DNA from: Vitrella brassicaformis CCMP3155
Lineage: Eukaryota; Protista; Chromerida
Assembly: GCA_001179505.1 (NCBI GenBank)
Contig: CDMY01000631.1
Location: 1-38,944, forward strand
Length of the DNA stretch: 38,944 nt
Direction of reading: 5' to 3'
In this document: positions 26,777 through 38,922 of the stretch, piece by piece
Position numbering within the stretch: the stretch's first letter is position 1
Layout: each line of letters opens with the position of its first letter
Notes under the pieces: model-generated
What the model saw: only the letters and a program-made list of their open reading frames with translations
Database searches by the model: none
What the model was told of the DNA's origin: nothing
Made by a program: the position numbers and the translations under genes

Positions 26777-27276
26777 TCACTGCTGCACCTCTCCAGCCCC
26801 CATCTGGGCAGCCCCTTGCCCACTCTCTTGCTGCTGCTGCTGCTGCTGGTGCTGCTGCTGCTGCTGCTGCTGAGAATGGCTGACTCCATCCTCGACCATG
26901 CGCAGCAGCCTGAGGGGATGCATTTCCACACAAGACACGCAAGACACTCATTCATTCCGCAGAGAGACGTGTGTGTCTGTCTACATACCACTCGACGAAG
27001 CGCGTCGCGTGGCCATTCACAGCATACGGCTCCTCCGCCCCCCTAGAGATGCACCCCACCGCCAACACACACACACACACGCACATACGATCGGTGCATT
27101 GAATTGCTGCACACAGAGGCCTCCCAGGCGCTTACTCTGCGTGTGCGGGGGATTGGCCCTCAGCCGGTAAGGGGGGAGGGTCTCTGATGGCCTCGGCAAT
27201 CGGCCCGTGCCGCTCTTCGCTCCAGGGACAAAACTGGATGAATGAACACAGACAGACAGACAGCACGTCTTATTCT

Positions 27277-27310
<34 letters not shown>

Positions 27311-28697
27311 CCCCCTGTGTGTGTGTGTGTGTACTTTCAGTGTGTCGTTTGTGTGCGTGTAGACGTCCGCTTCTCTGACAGTCCTCTCAGCCTCACTCAG
27401 AAACGACCCCTTGTCATTCAGAAACCTACACATGCACACCCACGCACACACACAGACATCCACCCGCCCTGTGCCCCGGCGCTCACACACACACATACAC
27501 ACACACACACACATACATGTCTCGCGCTTGGTTGTGCGGTTCTCTTCCCATGGTCATGAGGTGCGGGTCGCAGAACACCATCTTCTTGAGAAAGGAGAGG
27601 GCCAGTGCGATGTAGTCGTGACCCAGACACCAACGCGGGAAGGCCGGCTGACTCATGGATGACACACACGTGCATCCGTCCACCCACGGGAATCAATCGA
27701 CACATCACATCCGCCTACAGAAATGTCGACTTTGCCGGTGTGTGGGTCGACGAAGGGGTGGAAGATTGGAGGGGTGAAGGTGAAGACAGGCGCCTCCTCT
27801 GGGTACCCTGCACACACAGACACAGACACAGACACAGACACAGACAGGTATCCGCACCTTGGGCCTTCTGACCGTCAGGAATCTCGACATTGAACTGAAA
27901 GGCCCCTCCTTTATATGGCCCCGCGTGGGCGAATAAGACACCGTACCACGCTGACACATAACACACATGACAGACAGACAGACAGACAGACAGACACAGA
28001 AAGGAGAAAGAAAGCACCGCTCCCTGACCACCCCGACCGAGTGTGTGTAGAACTATAATTCGTGTCTCTCTTGTTTCTCGTGGTTGTAGTCACTGACTCA
28101 CTGACTCACTCACTCACTGCCAAAGTGGTCGAAGGAGGGGAACACATACACACCCTCGGGACAATGCTCCTTCAGGTGCTTGCTGAATCAGTCAAGCAAC
28201 CAACCAACAAGGCGGGCAGGGAGGGAGGGGGCGACAAGAGAGAAGGGACAAGTACACACGCACTAACCCACCACCCTCTCGCTCACTATTCGACGACAAC
28301 GGCATATTTCCTGATGTTCTCCTTGACGCTCCGCCAGCCGTCCACCGCCCTCCCCACACCCGACCGATCCACAGGCAGCTCCTGATACTGACCCACTATG
28401 CGACTCTCTGCATGCATGACATGTTAATAACCGAATGACAAACAAACCACCCACCTCCCACAAAGTATATAGCGCACCGGCCACCCTATGCCTCCTGGCG
28501 GTGGTGAGCAGGTCCACCAATGCCGACGTCCCTGCGACGCCGTCGGGCGGCCCTGGCTGCTGCTGTTGCTGTGGCTGCTGGTGTTGGTGCGCCATGTGTC
28601 TGTGGCTGAGGGGGGCATGGTGGTGCTGACCCAGGGGCAGACGGGGGACCGTCACGGGCACATTCCCCGTCGTCGTGCGATGGCTAGGACCGCTCAT
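26777..28697 (-). CDS. AKTIP: AKTIP/FTS-like inactive ubiquitin-conjugating enzyme variant (UEV); last two exons uncertain
   Basis: EYKHLKEHCPEGVYVFPSFDHFGTWYGVLFAHAGPYKGGAFQFNVEIPDGYPEEAPVFTFTPPIFHPFVDPHTGKVDIS. GVYV.PS, WYGV.F and FHP.VDP.TG.(L/V)D are AKTIP/FTS signatures, and Asp replaces the E2 catalytic Cys. Confidence 0.83.
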
Positions 28698-28849
28698 GAA
28701 GGGATGCTCGTAGGGAGGTGGGGCCGGTCAGCAACGGTGAGACGGAGCGCCGTCTCTTCAAGGCGAGCAGCTGTGCAGTGAGCACTCGTCCAGCACGACC
28801 AGATCAGCCGTGTGAGCGCCAAGACGGTTTTCCCTCCGATCGCTTCCCC

Positions 28850-28857
28850 TGCGAGCT
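28850..28857 (+). promoter_or_regulatory. Candidate promoter motif TGCGAGCT (UEV/SLC13 divergent interval)
   Basis: Context TTCCCCTGCGAGCT, identical to the ERH promoter copy. Confidence 0.6.
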
Positions 28858-29166
28858 GAGCTCACATACGCACCACAGATGATAAAAAATTCACGATAAC
28901 GTTCTTCTCATCCCTTGTGACACGCATTGAACGGCTTGTGGAGCGACAAGAAGCGACGCTGTCTGTTTGTCCTCTCCTCCCCCCTCCTTATTCTCTTGTC
29001 ACCCTTCTTGTGGGACTCAACCATGCCCTCCGGTGGCTTGCCTGCCTGACGGACACACACACAGGTGGGCAGCAGGGCCTCTCGTGCGTGCGTTGCGTGC
29101 ACAGGTAAATGGGACTTTGTGTGTGGTTTTTGGTGTGTGGTTTGTGGTTTGTGGTTTGTTCAGAGA

Positions 29167-32100
29167 ATGGACGGTCTTCTCATGAAGCCACTGTCATCCC
29201 TGCGCGCGGCCGTGATGCGGCACGTTGACTGGCGGACGTGTGTGCTGCTGGTGACGCCGGTGGTGCTGCTGCCGGTGCCGTTGCTGTGGCGCGTTGAACC
29301 GTCAGACATTGCCACCTGCATGTCAGGGAGGGAGGGAGGGAGGGAGGGAGGGAGCTCGTGGAACACACGCATCGATTCATCCATCCATCGGTGGGTCGTG
29401 TGTGGTCACACAGGTATGTGATACTGGTCATGGGGGTGTATTGGATGACCGAGGCCGCGCCGCTGACAGTGACGGCACTGATGCCGCTCTTCGCCTTCCC
29501 CCTGCTGCACGTCGTGCCTGCCGACGAGATCGCCACGCAGTACTTCAAAGACATCATCTTCCTGTTCCTCGGCGGGCTCATGGTGGCTGGTACGCACGAC
29601 GCAATCAGTGCACAAAAAAGCGATTCATGTATGGGTCGCGTGGCCAGCGATTGATGGGTGTGTTCTGTGCGTATACCTGTCTGTCTGTGTTGATGTGTTG
29701 ATGTGTTTAGTTGCGGTGGAGTCGACGTGTCTGCACCACCGTCTGGCCCTGGTGACGCTCAAGTTCATGGGAGCCAAGGAGCACCGGCTGCTGCTGGGCG
29801 TCATGGGGACGACCTTCTTCTTCTCCATGTGGATATCCAACACGGCCACTGCCGCCACCATGGTACCCGTGGTCATGGCCCTGACCACCGAGCTGATACA
29901 CATCGCCAGGGAAAGCGGCATGGCCGACGAGGAAAAGGGCCAGGTGAGTGAGTGAACTCGTGACCGACACAACTTGCTGCACACACGCGTATGTGTGGAT
30001 GTGTGGATGTATGTGCTGGTGGTGGATGATATATATGACAGGACGTGATTGACGTGCAATCTTCGCCCGCGGTCACTGTGCCGCAATTGCCTTCTAACAG
30101 GGACGCCTCGTTCGACAGCAGCGCGGCCAACACGCCAAGTACAGACACACACATACACATACACGCACACAAAAGCAACTCGGTATGCGTGTGTGTTGAC
30201 TGCAGTGACGGGGTCGACGGCGCCCACAAGCATCAATGGCAACCCCTCGTTCACCAGGCTGACCCTCAAGTCGGTGTCGGAAGAAGGTATGCAAGAGCGA
30301 AGAGGACGAGACGGGCAGGCAGATTGCCCCCCGACGTCTGTGTGTGTGTGTGTGTTGTGCGTTCACTGTAGGTGTTGAAGGCCGCACCGACGTCTCGGCA
30401 TCTGCCGCCCCGTCCACCAATCCCGTGTGTGACAGCCCGCCCGGCGAAAGGAGGGAGGAGCACCGAGGTGAGTGAGGCCCTTCTCTCTGTGGCGCATGCG
30501 TGTAGACGCAACAGAAACACACGTGTGTGCACGCTGCGCTCGTTGTGTGTGTGCACAGAGATCTTCAAGTCGTCTTTTTCGTTGTCGCGTGAGGAGCTGA
30601 GCCGCCACGAGCTGGGGCTGTGCAAGGCCATGCTGCTGGGGGTCGCCTACTCAGCATCCATCGGCGGGTGGGTATTTGCGAAGCACAGATGTACACGTGG
30701 ATGCCTCCATCTCTCTCTCTCTCCGTGTGTGTGTGTGTGCAGTTCGTCAACGCTCACGGGCACGCCGCCCAATGTGGTGCTGCTGGGGCTGTTGAACGAC
30801 AAGTACGGCACCGCACACCCCGTCGACTTCGCGTCGTGGATGGGCTTCTCGCTGCCCGCCTGTAGGGTCACACACGTGCATGTGTGACTGCCTGGATGGA
30901 TGGAAGGACACATCGGACACATCGTGTGTGTGTGTGTGGTCACACACACAGGTATATTGAACCTCCTTCTGACCTTCCTGTGGCTGCGCTTTGCGTATCT
31001 GCGGCCATACAAGAGGAACAGACCAACACGAACAGCAGAGCAACAAAGGTGCAGTGACTGCGACCCCTCCAACCAAGACACGCACGCATACACCGGCGCA
31101 CGGCTCTCTCTTGGGTGTGGGGTGTGTGTGTGTGTGTGTGTGCAGGCTGAGCGAGGACAGGTTCCGCGCGGTGCTGACACGCGAGCTGGACCGAATGGGC
31201 AGCATCAGCTTTGGCGTGAGTGACACGACAGACACGAACGAGGAGGGGCACAGATATGCTCAGTAGGTGTGTGTGTGTTTTTGTGCGGGTGGTATATGTG
31301 TGTGCAGGAGAGCAGCACGATCATGCTGTTCCTGGTGCTGTTGACTCTCTGGCTGACGCGGTCCCTCGTGTGGGGCCGGTGGTTCACTGACAGATCGGTC
31401 AATGAAGACACAGTAAGCACACCACTCACACCACCACAGCACAGGAATGGATGGATGGATGAATGTGTGTGGGGTCGACCGACCAACTGGATCAGGGGGC
31501 AGAGAAGGAGTTTTCCACGGTGTCTGACGCCACGTCGGCCATGCTTGTCGTGTTTGTCATGTTCCTCTGGCCGAGGGAGATGCCCCAATGGGCACACAAC
31601 ATCAGAAACATGGTACTCACACACACACACACACACACGGGGCTCCCGATGGATGGATGGATGGTTGCAGGTAAGGAGGCGCGGGAGGGCGCCAGAGCAG
31701 CAGCAGGAGCAGCAGCAGGAGCCTGCCAGCAGCAGCAGCAGCAGCAGCAGCAACGGGGGCAGCCGACGGACTCTGCTCACCTGGCCAGAAGTGGAAAAGA
31801 AAGTTGCATGGGGAATCGTCATTTTGCTCGGTCAGTCGCCACACACCCACACCACACCCAGACAGAAGTGTTCACACGTGTGCCACGTGTGGATGTGTGG
31901 TGTGAATGGATCAGGAGGCGGTTTTGCGTTGGGTCATGCCGTCAAGCGCACGGGCCTGTCCAAGCTGATCGGGATGCAGCTGCTGCGCCTCAACGTCTCA
32001 CCACCCGCACTCATGGGTACACACCTCAGCCTCCCCTCCCCCATCACACGCGCGCACAGACACGCGTCGCCCTTTTTGTCGTTTTATGCAGCCATAGCAG

Positions 32101-32672
32101 TGATCTTGATGACGTTCACCACCGAGTTCACCTCCAACACCGCCACTTCCGCCATCGTCCTGCCCATCATATTGGAGATCGCGCAGCAGCGGTGCATCAA
32201 TCCGCTCTACATGGCCATGCCCGTCGCCCAGGCAGCCTGCTTTGGTACCTAGGCACACACACACAGACCGACTCACACACACACAGATGGACCGACGCGA
32301 CGCATCTTCATGTGTGAAATGCTGCAGCCTTTATGCTGCCGATAGCGACGGGACCGAACGCGATCGTCTTCTCGTCCGGCCTGATGCATGTCATTGACAT
32401 GATGGCCGCCGGGCTCATCGTCAACATTTTCTGCATGGTCGTCGCCTTCGCATCAGGTGGGTATACCCTCTCCCCCCCCCCTCCATGGATCCATCCATGT
32501 GTGTGGGCGTGTCTGTGTGTGTGGGTGTGTCTGTGCAGCGAACTCTCTCGGCTTTCTGATGTACTCGATGGCCGAGTACCCCAGCTGGGCCCTCACGGAG
32601 AGCGGCATCAAGTGCACAGACCCCGTGACCAACGGGACGGCGTGGACGCTCATTAGCGGAGTCGACACATAG
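29167..32672 (+). CDS. SLC13/DASS-family Na+-coupled di/tricarboxylate (or sulfate) transporter, ~14 exons
   Basis: YWMTEAAPLTVTALMP, FLFLGGLMVA, SMWISNTATAATMVP, AYSASIGG..TLTGTPPN, WGIVILLGGGFAL, TEFTSNTATSAIVLPI, AFMLPIATGPNAIVF; both SNT motifs are present; TAG at 32670-32672. Confidence 0.95.
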
Positions 32673-34415
32673 CCCACACTAGTCAGCCCACATTGCCCCT
32701 CAGGATGGGATGGGTGGGAATTCGGTGTGTACACTTACGCACGGATCAATGCATTTGCGGGGGGGATTGGGTGGAGAGAGAGAGGGAGAGAGAGAGGGAG
32801 GGAGGGAGAGAGGGAGGGTTGAAGGTGGGCTAACTGATAGGGTGCAGGGGGTGCCAGAATGCAGCGAATGACGCTGCATGGATGGGGGGGTGGGAGTGAG
32901 GGAATTTTTCTCGTCGGGTTGTCTTGTCTGTCGGGTTGCCGGTCGATTGCTCTTTCTCTCTTGCTTGGGTCGGTTGGTTGAGGGTCTGTGTGTGTAATCA
33001 ATTTACATACAAATGTACACATCAACGCACGTACGGAGGCACCTGCCTGCCACCCCACCCGTCGCTGAATGCCTGAAGTGTTTTGCCTGCCTGATTTGCT
33101 TTGCTCGTTCACCCACTTGGCTCAGTCAGTTGCTGCTGACTGCTTGCTGGGGATGGGATCCTTAAGCTGGGACGCATTACACACACACACACACACATAT
33201 CACAGACACACATACACATACACAGCGATTCACACAACGGTCTGCCTGCCTGCCTGCCTGCCTCTCTGCTCTGCAGGTCTGGGAATGCAGTTCACAAGCG
33301 AGACAGACAGACAGACAGTCGGTCGGCCTCCGTCTTTTTTTCAGTCGATTTTTTTCGTCAGACCCCTGTTCACGATTGGGATGCCGCGGTTGTCTGTCTG
33401 GATTTGTCGTCGGTGTGGGCTGGTGAGGGAGGGAGAGAGAGAGGGGGAGGGAGAGGAAGCGCCATCAAGCTAGTCAAGCTAGTTCGTTAGGCAGCTGCGA
33501 CTGATCAACGTGCGATAGATTGGCAATGATGACTGAGTGAGCGAACGGAGAGCGCGGAATACGCCCTGCAGTGTCATGGATGTGTGTGTGTGTGGTAGCG
33601 GGGGAATTGGATGGATGTGTGTGTGTGTGTGTGCCTATTATTGCTCGTGGATGATTGCAATCATTGCAATCCAAAAAGTCAGTCAATGCGACGCCGTGCG
33701 GGTCGGTCTGTCTTTTTGCCGTTCGTCCGTATTAGTTGTGGGGGTGCAATGCACATATACAATATAGACATACAGTCGCTGCCTCATATCATAGACGTGA
33801 CGTCTATTTGTCGTCTGGCCGGCTCGTATCGGTGAACTGTCTGCCTGCCTGCCTGCCTGTCTGTGCTGCGCGTGGCGGATGGTTTTCTGCCCTCCCTCCC
33901 TCCCTCCCTATCTGCCGTCTGCATGGGTGTGTGTAAGACCTGGACGGTTGGTACGGTGTGTTCCGCCTGCGCTTCGCTTTACTCTGAAATGATCGACTGA
34001 CTCCAATCGGTCGTTGAACCACCACAACGTTCACCACAACGTGACGCCGTACATCCATCCATCCATCCATCCAGCCAGCCAGCCAGCAGCTAGGTTAGAC
34101 ACATAACATTGCTGCCTGCATTTAGCCACACACGACGTGACAACACCCACACAAAGCAAAGGCATGTAGCTAGGTGAGCATTCTGTACACGTCCATCCAT
34201 CCATCAACATCAACCAACAGGCAGGCAGTACGTGGCAAGCAGAGCACCGCGCCACACCACACCACCCGCAATGCAACGTACAAAGTGATGGGGTGATGGG
34301 GTGAGTGAGTGAGTGAGTGGGTGGATGTGTGTGTGTCAGCCTGCCAGCCAGCAATGAACCACCAATGGGGTCATATCGCTTTTCTGTCTATCTCATCTGT
34401 TTGTCTCCATATGTA

Positions 34416-34951
34416 CTACTTGAGGCTCTTGAATGCCTCCTGTGCCTCTCGGTCGACCTGTGCTATCACATCGAGGTCCGCACAGTCCTCACCGGCCCGC
34501 ATGCCGACGTGTGGGTGGCTGCACGCCACGGCCGGCTCCCACACGCCCCCCTCCTCCACACGCGTGTAGCTGCCCAGGTCGGGAGGGCACATGTCCATCT
34601 CCAGGATCTCGTCGGCCTGGAGAGTAGACAGACACCACACAGACCATGTGCAGTCGCTGGCTGACTGAGTGGCTGGCTAACGGGTATGTGTGGGATGCAG
34701 CAGATGGCGATTGCGTCAGAGAGGTTGTTTGCGCGCGTGGTGCGTTCGGCCTCGAGGCTGTTGCGGTCCGGCCAGCCCACATCGATGAGGGGGTTGGGCT
34801 TGGGCAGCAGACGCCGAAAATACCGGCCGGCGAAGGTCTGGTCGACGGACGATGCTGCCGCTGTGGTCGTGTGGGGCGCTGTGTATCGGCTACGGGGGGA
34901 CTGGTCGGGCGTCTTGCTGAACTCGTAGACACCCTGCAGCGCAGGGGTCAA

Positions 34952-34982
<31 letters not shown>

Positions 34983-36116
34983 TCTACACGTCTTATGATC
35001 TGTCTTGAGTGCATCCATTCATTCATGCCTACCTTTCCGTCAGACGAAGGCACGACCACCTTCTCGAACGACGGCGGACGACGAATGCGCGACAGATCTA
35101 GGGCCATGTCGGGACGGCTGCTGCTGCTGCTATAGTTGCCATAGTTGCCATATCCGTAGCTGCCTCCCCCACTCCCATGCCCTCCCCCACCCGCAGCCGG
35201 CTCGGCCACCAGCTCGTTGTCGATATCAATGCCCCGGGCCAGAAGGTCGTCCATCACTCGGTCCATCGACTGGGTCAGATGGGCGTCGAGGAGGCCGTCG
35301 AAGCCCTCTGCTACGTCAGGGTGGCCGTCGTAGTCGGTGTCGGAATCAGAGTCTAGGTCGGAGTCATGGTCGTGCTCCTGTGCGACCACCACGGCCTCGC
35401 TCGAGGCCCGGTAGATGACGGGCGGGGACGACGAAGCGGCAGGAGGCGCAGAGGGAGGTGGGGCAGCAGCTACCTGAGCAAACACGGCAAGAGAGAAAAA
35501 AGTGTGACATGCATGCCATCCGTCCATCCATCCATCCATCCATCCATCCACCCATCGGTTGCTCATTTCATTCACGTACGTTGTCGTGCTGGCGCTCTCC
35601 CTTGTTGACAACAGCCGCCGCCGCATGCATATCCCCGTCCGAACCCATACCCTCTCGAGCATGCCTACGCCTACCCACCTCCTCCCCTGCCCCTCCCTCT
35701 CCCTCTCCCTCACGCACCAACCCCTTGACTCCACCACCGCCACCGCCACCACCAGCCGCCCTATCTGCCGCATGCTCCACCACACTAGAGCTGCCGCCCC
35801 GATTCCTCCGCCGGCCGAGAAACATGCCGCCCAGCAATGCCGCACGCCACCCGCTCCCACCGCCTTTTTCAGCACCACCACCACCGGCAGCACGCAGCTT
35901 GGCCCCGCCACCCGCCGCAGGAGTCGACTTGCGCGTGTCGGCTGTGGTCACCGTCTTCGCCAGCCTGTGCGTCACGCGTCTGACAAGCCCAGCGGCGCCG
36001 CTGAAAGTGTGCTTCTTGGGCGCCTTGGCGTCGGGCGGCTCAAGGCGGGGCTCCATGACGTCTGTGTCGTCGCCGCCAGGGCAGTTGAGGACTGCACCGG
36101 TGCGAGGCGTGCACAT
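34416..36116 (-). CDS. Uncharacterised low-complexity protein, 4 exons (start at 36116 or 36056)
   Basis: Four GC-rich, microsatellite-free blocks join in phase 0 across GT-AG introns (HDN|VAAAP, DGK|GVYEF, PHIP|ADEIL) and end in TAG at 34416. No domain recognised. Confidence 0.72.
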
Positions 36117-36261
36117 TGGGCGGCACGGCCGACGAGCGGATGGATGGGCAACCGACGTCAGGTCATCGGATGGCTACAGGGAGAGAGCTAGAGGTGTGAA
36201 AAGACCCTCAGCGGGAAAGCAAATGCAAAAGAACGGTTCCTACAAAGAACGGGAACATGCA

Positions 36262-36269
36262 AGCTCGCA
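36262..36269 (-). promoter_or_regulatory. Candidate promoter motif TGCGAGCT (orphan/CDK divergent interval)
   Basis: Plus strand aagctcgca, ending 6 nt before the CDK ATG. Confidence 0.55.
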
Positions 36270-36275
36270 TCGCAA

Positions 36276-38596
36276 ATGGCGCTGCTGCCGCAGTCGATTG
36301 ACGATTACGAGAAGCTGGAGATGGTCGGAAAGGGCACATACGGGTGCGAAGCGAGCAGAGATGGCTCTGGGAGTGGCCGAGGCTGGGCTGGCTCTGTGTG
36401 TGTGTTATGGATGCATCCCTGTTGGCAGGACAGTGCACAAGGCTCGTGAAAAGAAGACGGGTCAACTCGTGGCACTCAAGCGGATCAACATGCGCAATAT
36501 GAAGGAAGGGGTATGCTATGCACGTGTGGACGCAGGCAGACAGACAGGCAGACAGACAGGCCTCATCTATTGCAAAGCAGCATGACCGAATCTGCATACA
36601 TTGTGCGTGCAGTTCCCCATCACAGCCATTCGTGAGATCAAACTTCTTCGCCGTCTGCGTCATCGGAACGTGATCGCCTTCCTGGGAATTCTCACACCGA
36701 CGCGTACGCACTTTGACACAATGACAGACATGATTGACACACACGAGGTGCCGCGAGGCCGTGCTGCACACACATGGCCTCTCTCGATCTCTGTGGCTGC
36801 AGCTGCCCCCGCAGCTGATGCCTTCGACTGCTCCACAGCTGATGTGGCACAGGACAGCAACCAAGGCGACAGTAAGGGCGGTGATCCACCAGCAGGGCAG
36901 CCGCCGCCGCCGCCGCCGGACAGTGCCATCGCCGACCCAGCATCTGGGCCTGATGAGCACTCTCCCGCCATCTACATGGTATTTGACTACATGTACCATG
37001 ACCTTCTTGGCCTTTCAGAGTGGCGGCACGGAAAGGTAGGGTGGGTGGTGCGTGGCGTGCAGATGAGATGCGAAGATGGTGGATATGTATGTGGTTGTGT
37101 GGTTGTTTTGTTTGTTGTGTGTGCTGTGCTGTGCAGTTTGATTTGTGTGAGATCAAGTGTCTGATGCGTCAGCTGCTGGAGGGGCTGCAGCACTGCCACC
37201 AGCACCACATCATACACAGAGATATCAAAAGTGAGTAGTCACGCGCGCCACTCGCGCCTCCCCTGCCCCCTCAACAAACAAAACACACACACGTGCAGTG
37301 CAGAAGCGGCCGTGCTGTGCTGTGCTGTGCTGTGCTGTGCTCTGGTGTGTTTATTGTGCTGCAGGTTCCAACCTGCTGCTGACGAAGGAAGGCGAGCTCA
37401 AATTGGGCGATTTCGGTCTTGCCAGGTCAGCGGAGCGGAGGGCCTGGTCCGTCCATGCATTCTTCATTCGTTGTGGTCATCTACCTTTGTCCTACTCATC
37501 AGGCTGCATGTCAAGTCGTCCCAGCAGGCGCACTACACCAACCGGGTCATCACACTGTGGTACAGACCGCCGGAGCTGCTGCTTGGTTCGGTCAAGTACG
37601 GCACCGCTGTCGACATCTGGTCCGCTGGGTGCATATTGGCTGAGCTGATGACGGGGAAGCCTCTATTCAACGGCGAGAGCGAGAAGCACATGCTCGAGAT
37701 GATCTTCAGGGTGAGGCAGGCTGGCTGACCGATCGGCCGATCCACCGCACTGCAGGCCGTGCGTCCGTGGGCTGGTGTGGTATGTTGGGTGTATGTTTCA
37801 TTCATGTGTGCATTAATGGGATGCCAATACAGTCATTCATTCATTCATTTATTGTGCATTCATCCAGTTGTGCGGGGGTCCTGACAGCACGACATGGAGC
37901 GAGGCGGTGCGGCTGCCCGAGTGGGAGAAACACAGGCCGGCGAGGCACTTCCCACGCACCATACGCAGCAGATTCAGAGAGTATGGACGCAGCGCAGAGA
38001 GAGTGGGGCAGAGGGACTGAGGGACTCCAGCGCCATGAGCCAGCCCATCCAGCCAGGCACATCAGACGCTAATGTGTGCGTGCGTGCGTGTGTATGGTTT
38101 GTGTGTGCTTGATCATGCAGCTGGGATGAGACTGGCGTCGATCTGCTGGACAAGATGCTCACACTCGACCCAGGCAAGACACAGACACACACAAAGACAC
38201 ACAGACACACACACACTCCCGTAGACACATGGACAAAGAGAGAGAGCATTGCTTTCCCTTCCCGACTCGTCGGTTCCTTCAGAGTGTCGGGTCACGGCGA
38301 GTGCAGCTCTGGAGCACCCCTTCTTCACCCACAGCACCCCGCTGCCCTGCCAGCCCAGTGACATCAAGCTTCCCGACCGGAGCTGCCACGAAATGGGTGT
38401 GGTCGGCAGCAAACGACCACACCCACCCGATGCCCCCCAGCAGCAGCAGCAGGAGCCGCCCCGCATTCCCTCTGACCCGTCCCAGCCACTGCTGCCGCTA
38501 CCTGGGCACATATCTGCGCCGCACCACCATGCGCTCCTGGCGGCTCTGGACATCAAGCAGGAGAAGGGCAGCAAGAGGCACAAACCGCATGAATGA
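36276..38596 (+). CDS. Transcription-related cyclin-dependent kinase, PITAIRE type (CDK9/12/13, CDKC/CRK3-like)
   Basis: [86 protein letters not shown]; TGA at 38594-38596. Confidence 0.95.
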
Positions 38597-38820
38597 ATCA
38601 AGGCATCGATACGATGAGTTGCGGCAGGGTTGGCGGGGTGCGTAGGTGTGTCGTGCGGGTGAGCCAATGCATGAGACCAGTGCAGGAATGGAAGGACCCA
38701 GCCAAGTAAATGCATCACCCTGCCCGCTGTGTCGCCCTGCACCCATGTCGTCCATTATCGTGTACGGCGCTGTGACCCGTCGTCTCTCGGTGTGCCGTTT
38801 GTTGGTCCGACCCGATCAGA

Positions 38821-38922
38821 TCAGAAGAAAAGCGTCGTGATGGCCATGATGAAGCAGCAGGCGGACACGTAAGGGCTCAGCCGTTCTCCGATGCGGGCCA
38901 TCTTCCACAGGAGGCCCATGAA
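38821..38922 (-). CDS. TMEM167: Terminal exon of protein Kish (TMEM167 family); upstream exons lie beyond the window
   Basis: [33 protein letters not shown] matches the Kish C-terminus G..WK.ARIGER.SPYV..CC..MA. Confidence 0.85.
   Translation of the reverse strand, partial: FMGLLWKMARIGERLSPYVSACCFIMAITTLFF

Noticed and set aside
34466-35911. 481-aa minus-strand ORF as a single-exon gene
   Set aside because: It reads through obvious introns (WMDGWMDG, CVCVCV); only parts are the orphan's exons.
20535-37340. Short perfect tandem repeats such as (tgtcaa)4 near 20535, (gacaca)n near 27815 and (gtgct)n near 37313
   Set aside because: Ordinary intronic microsatellite variants with no separate signal beyond the stem hypothesis.
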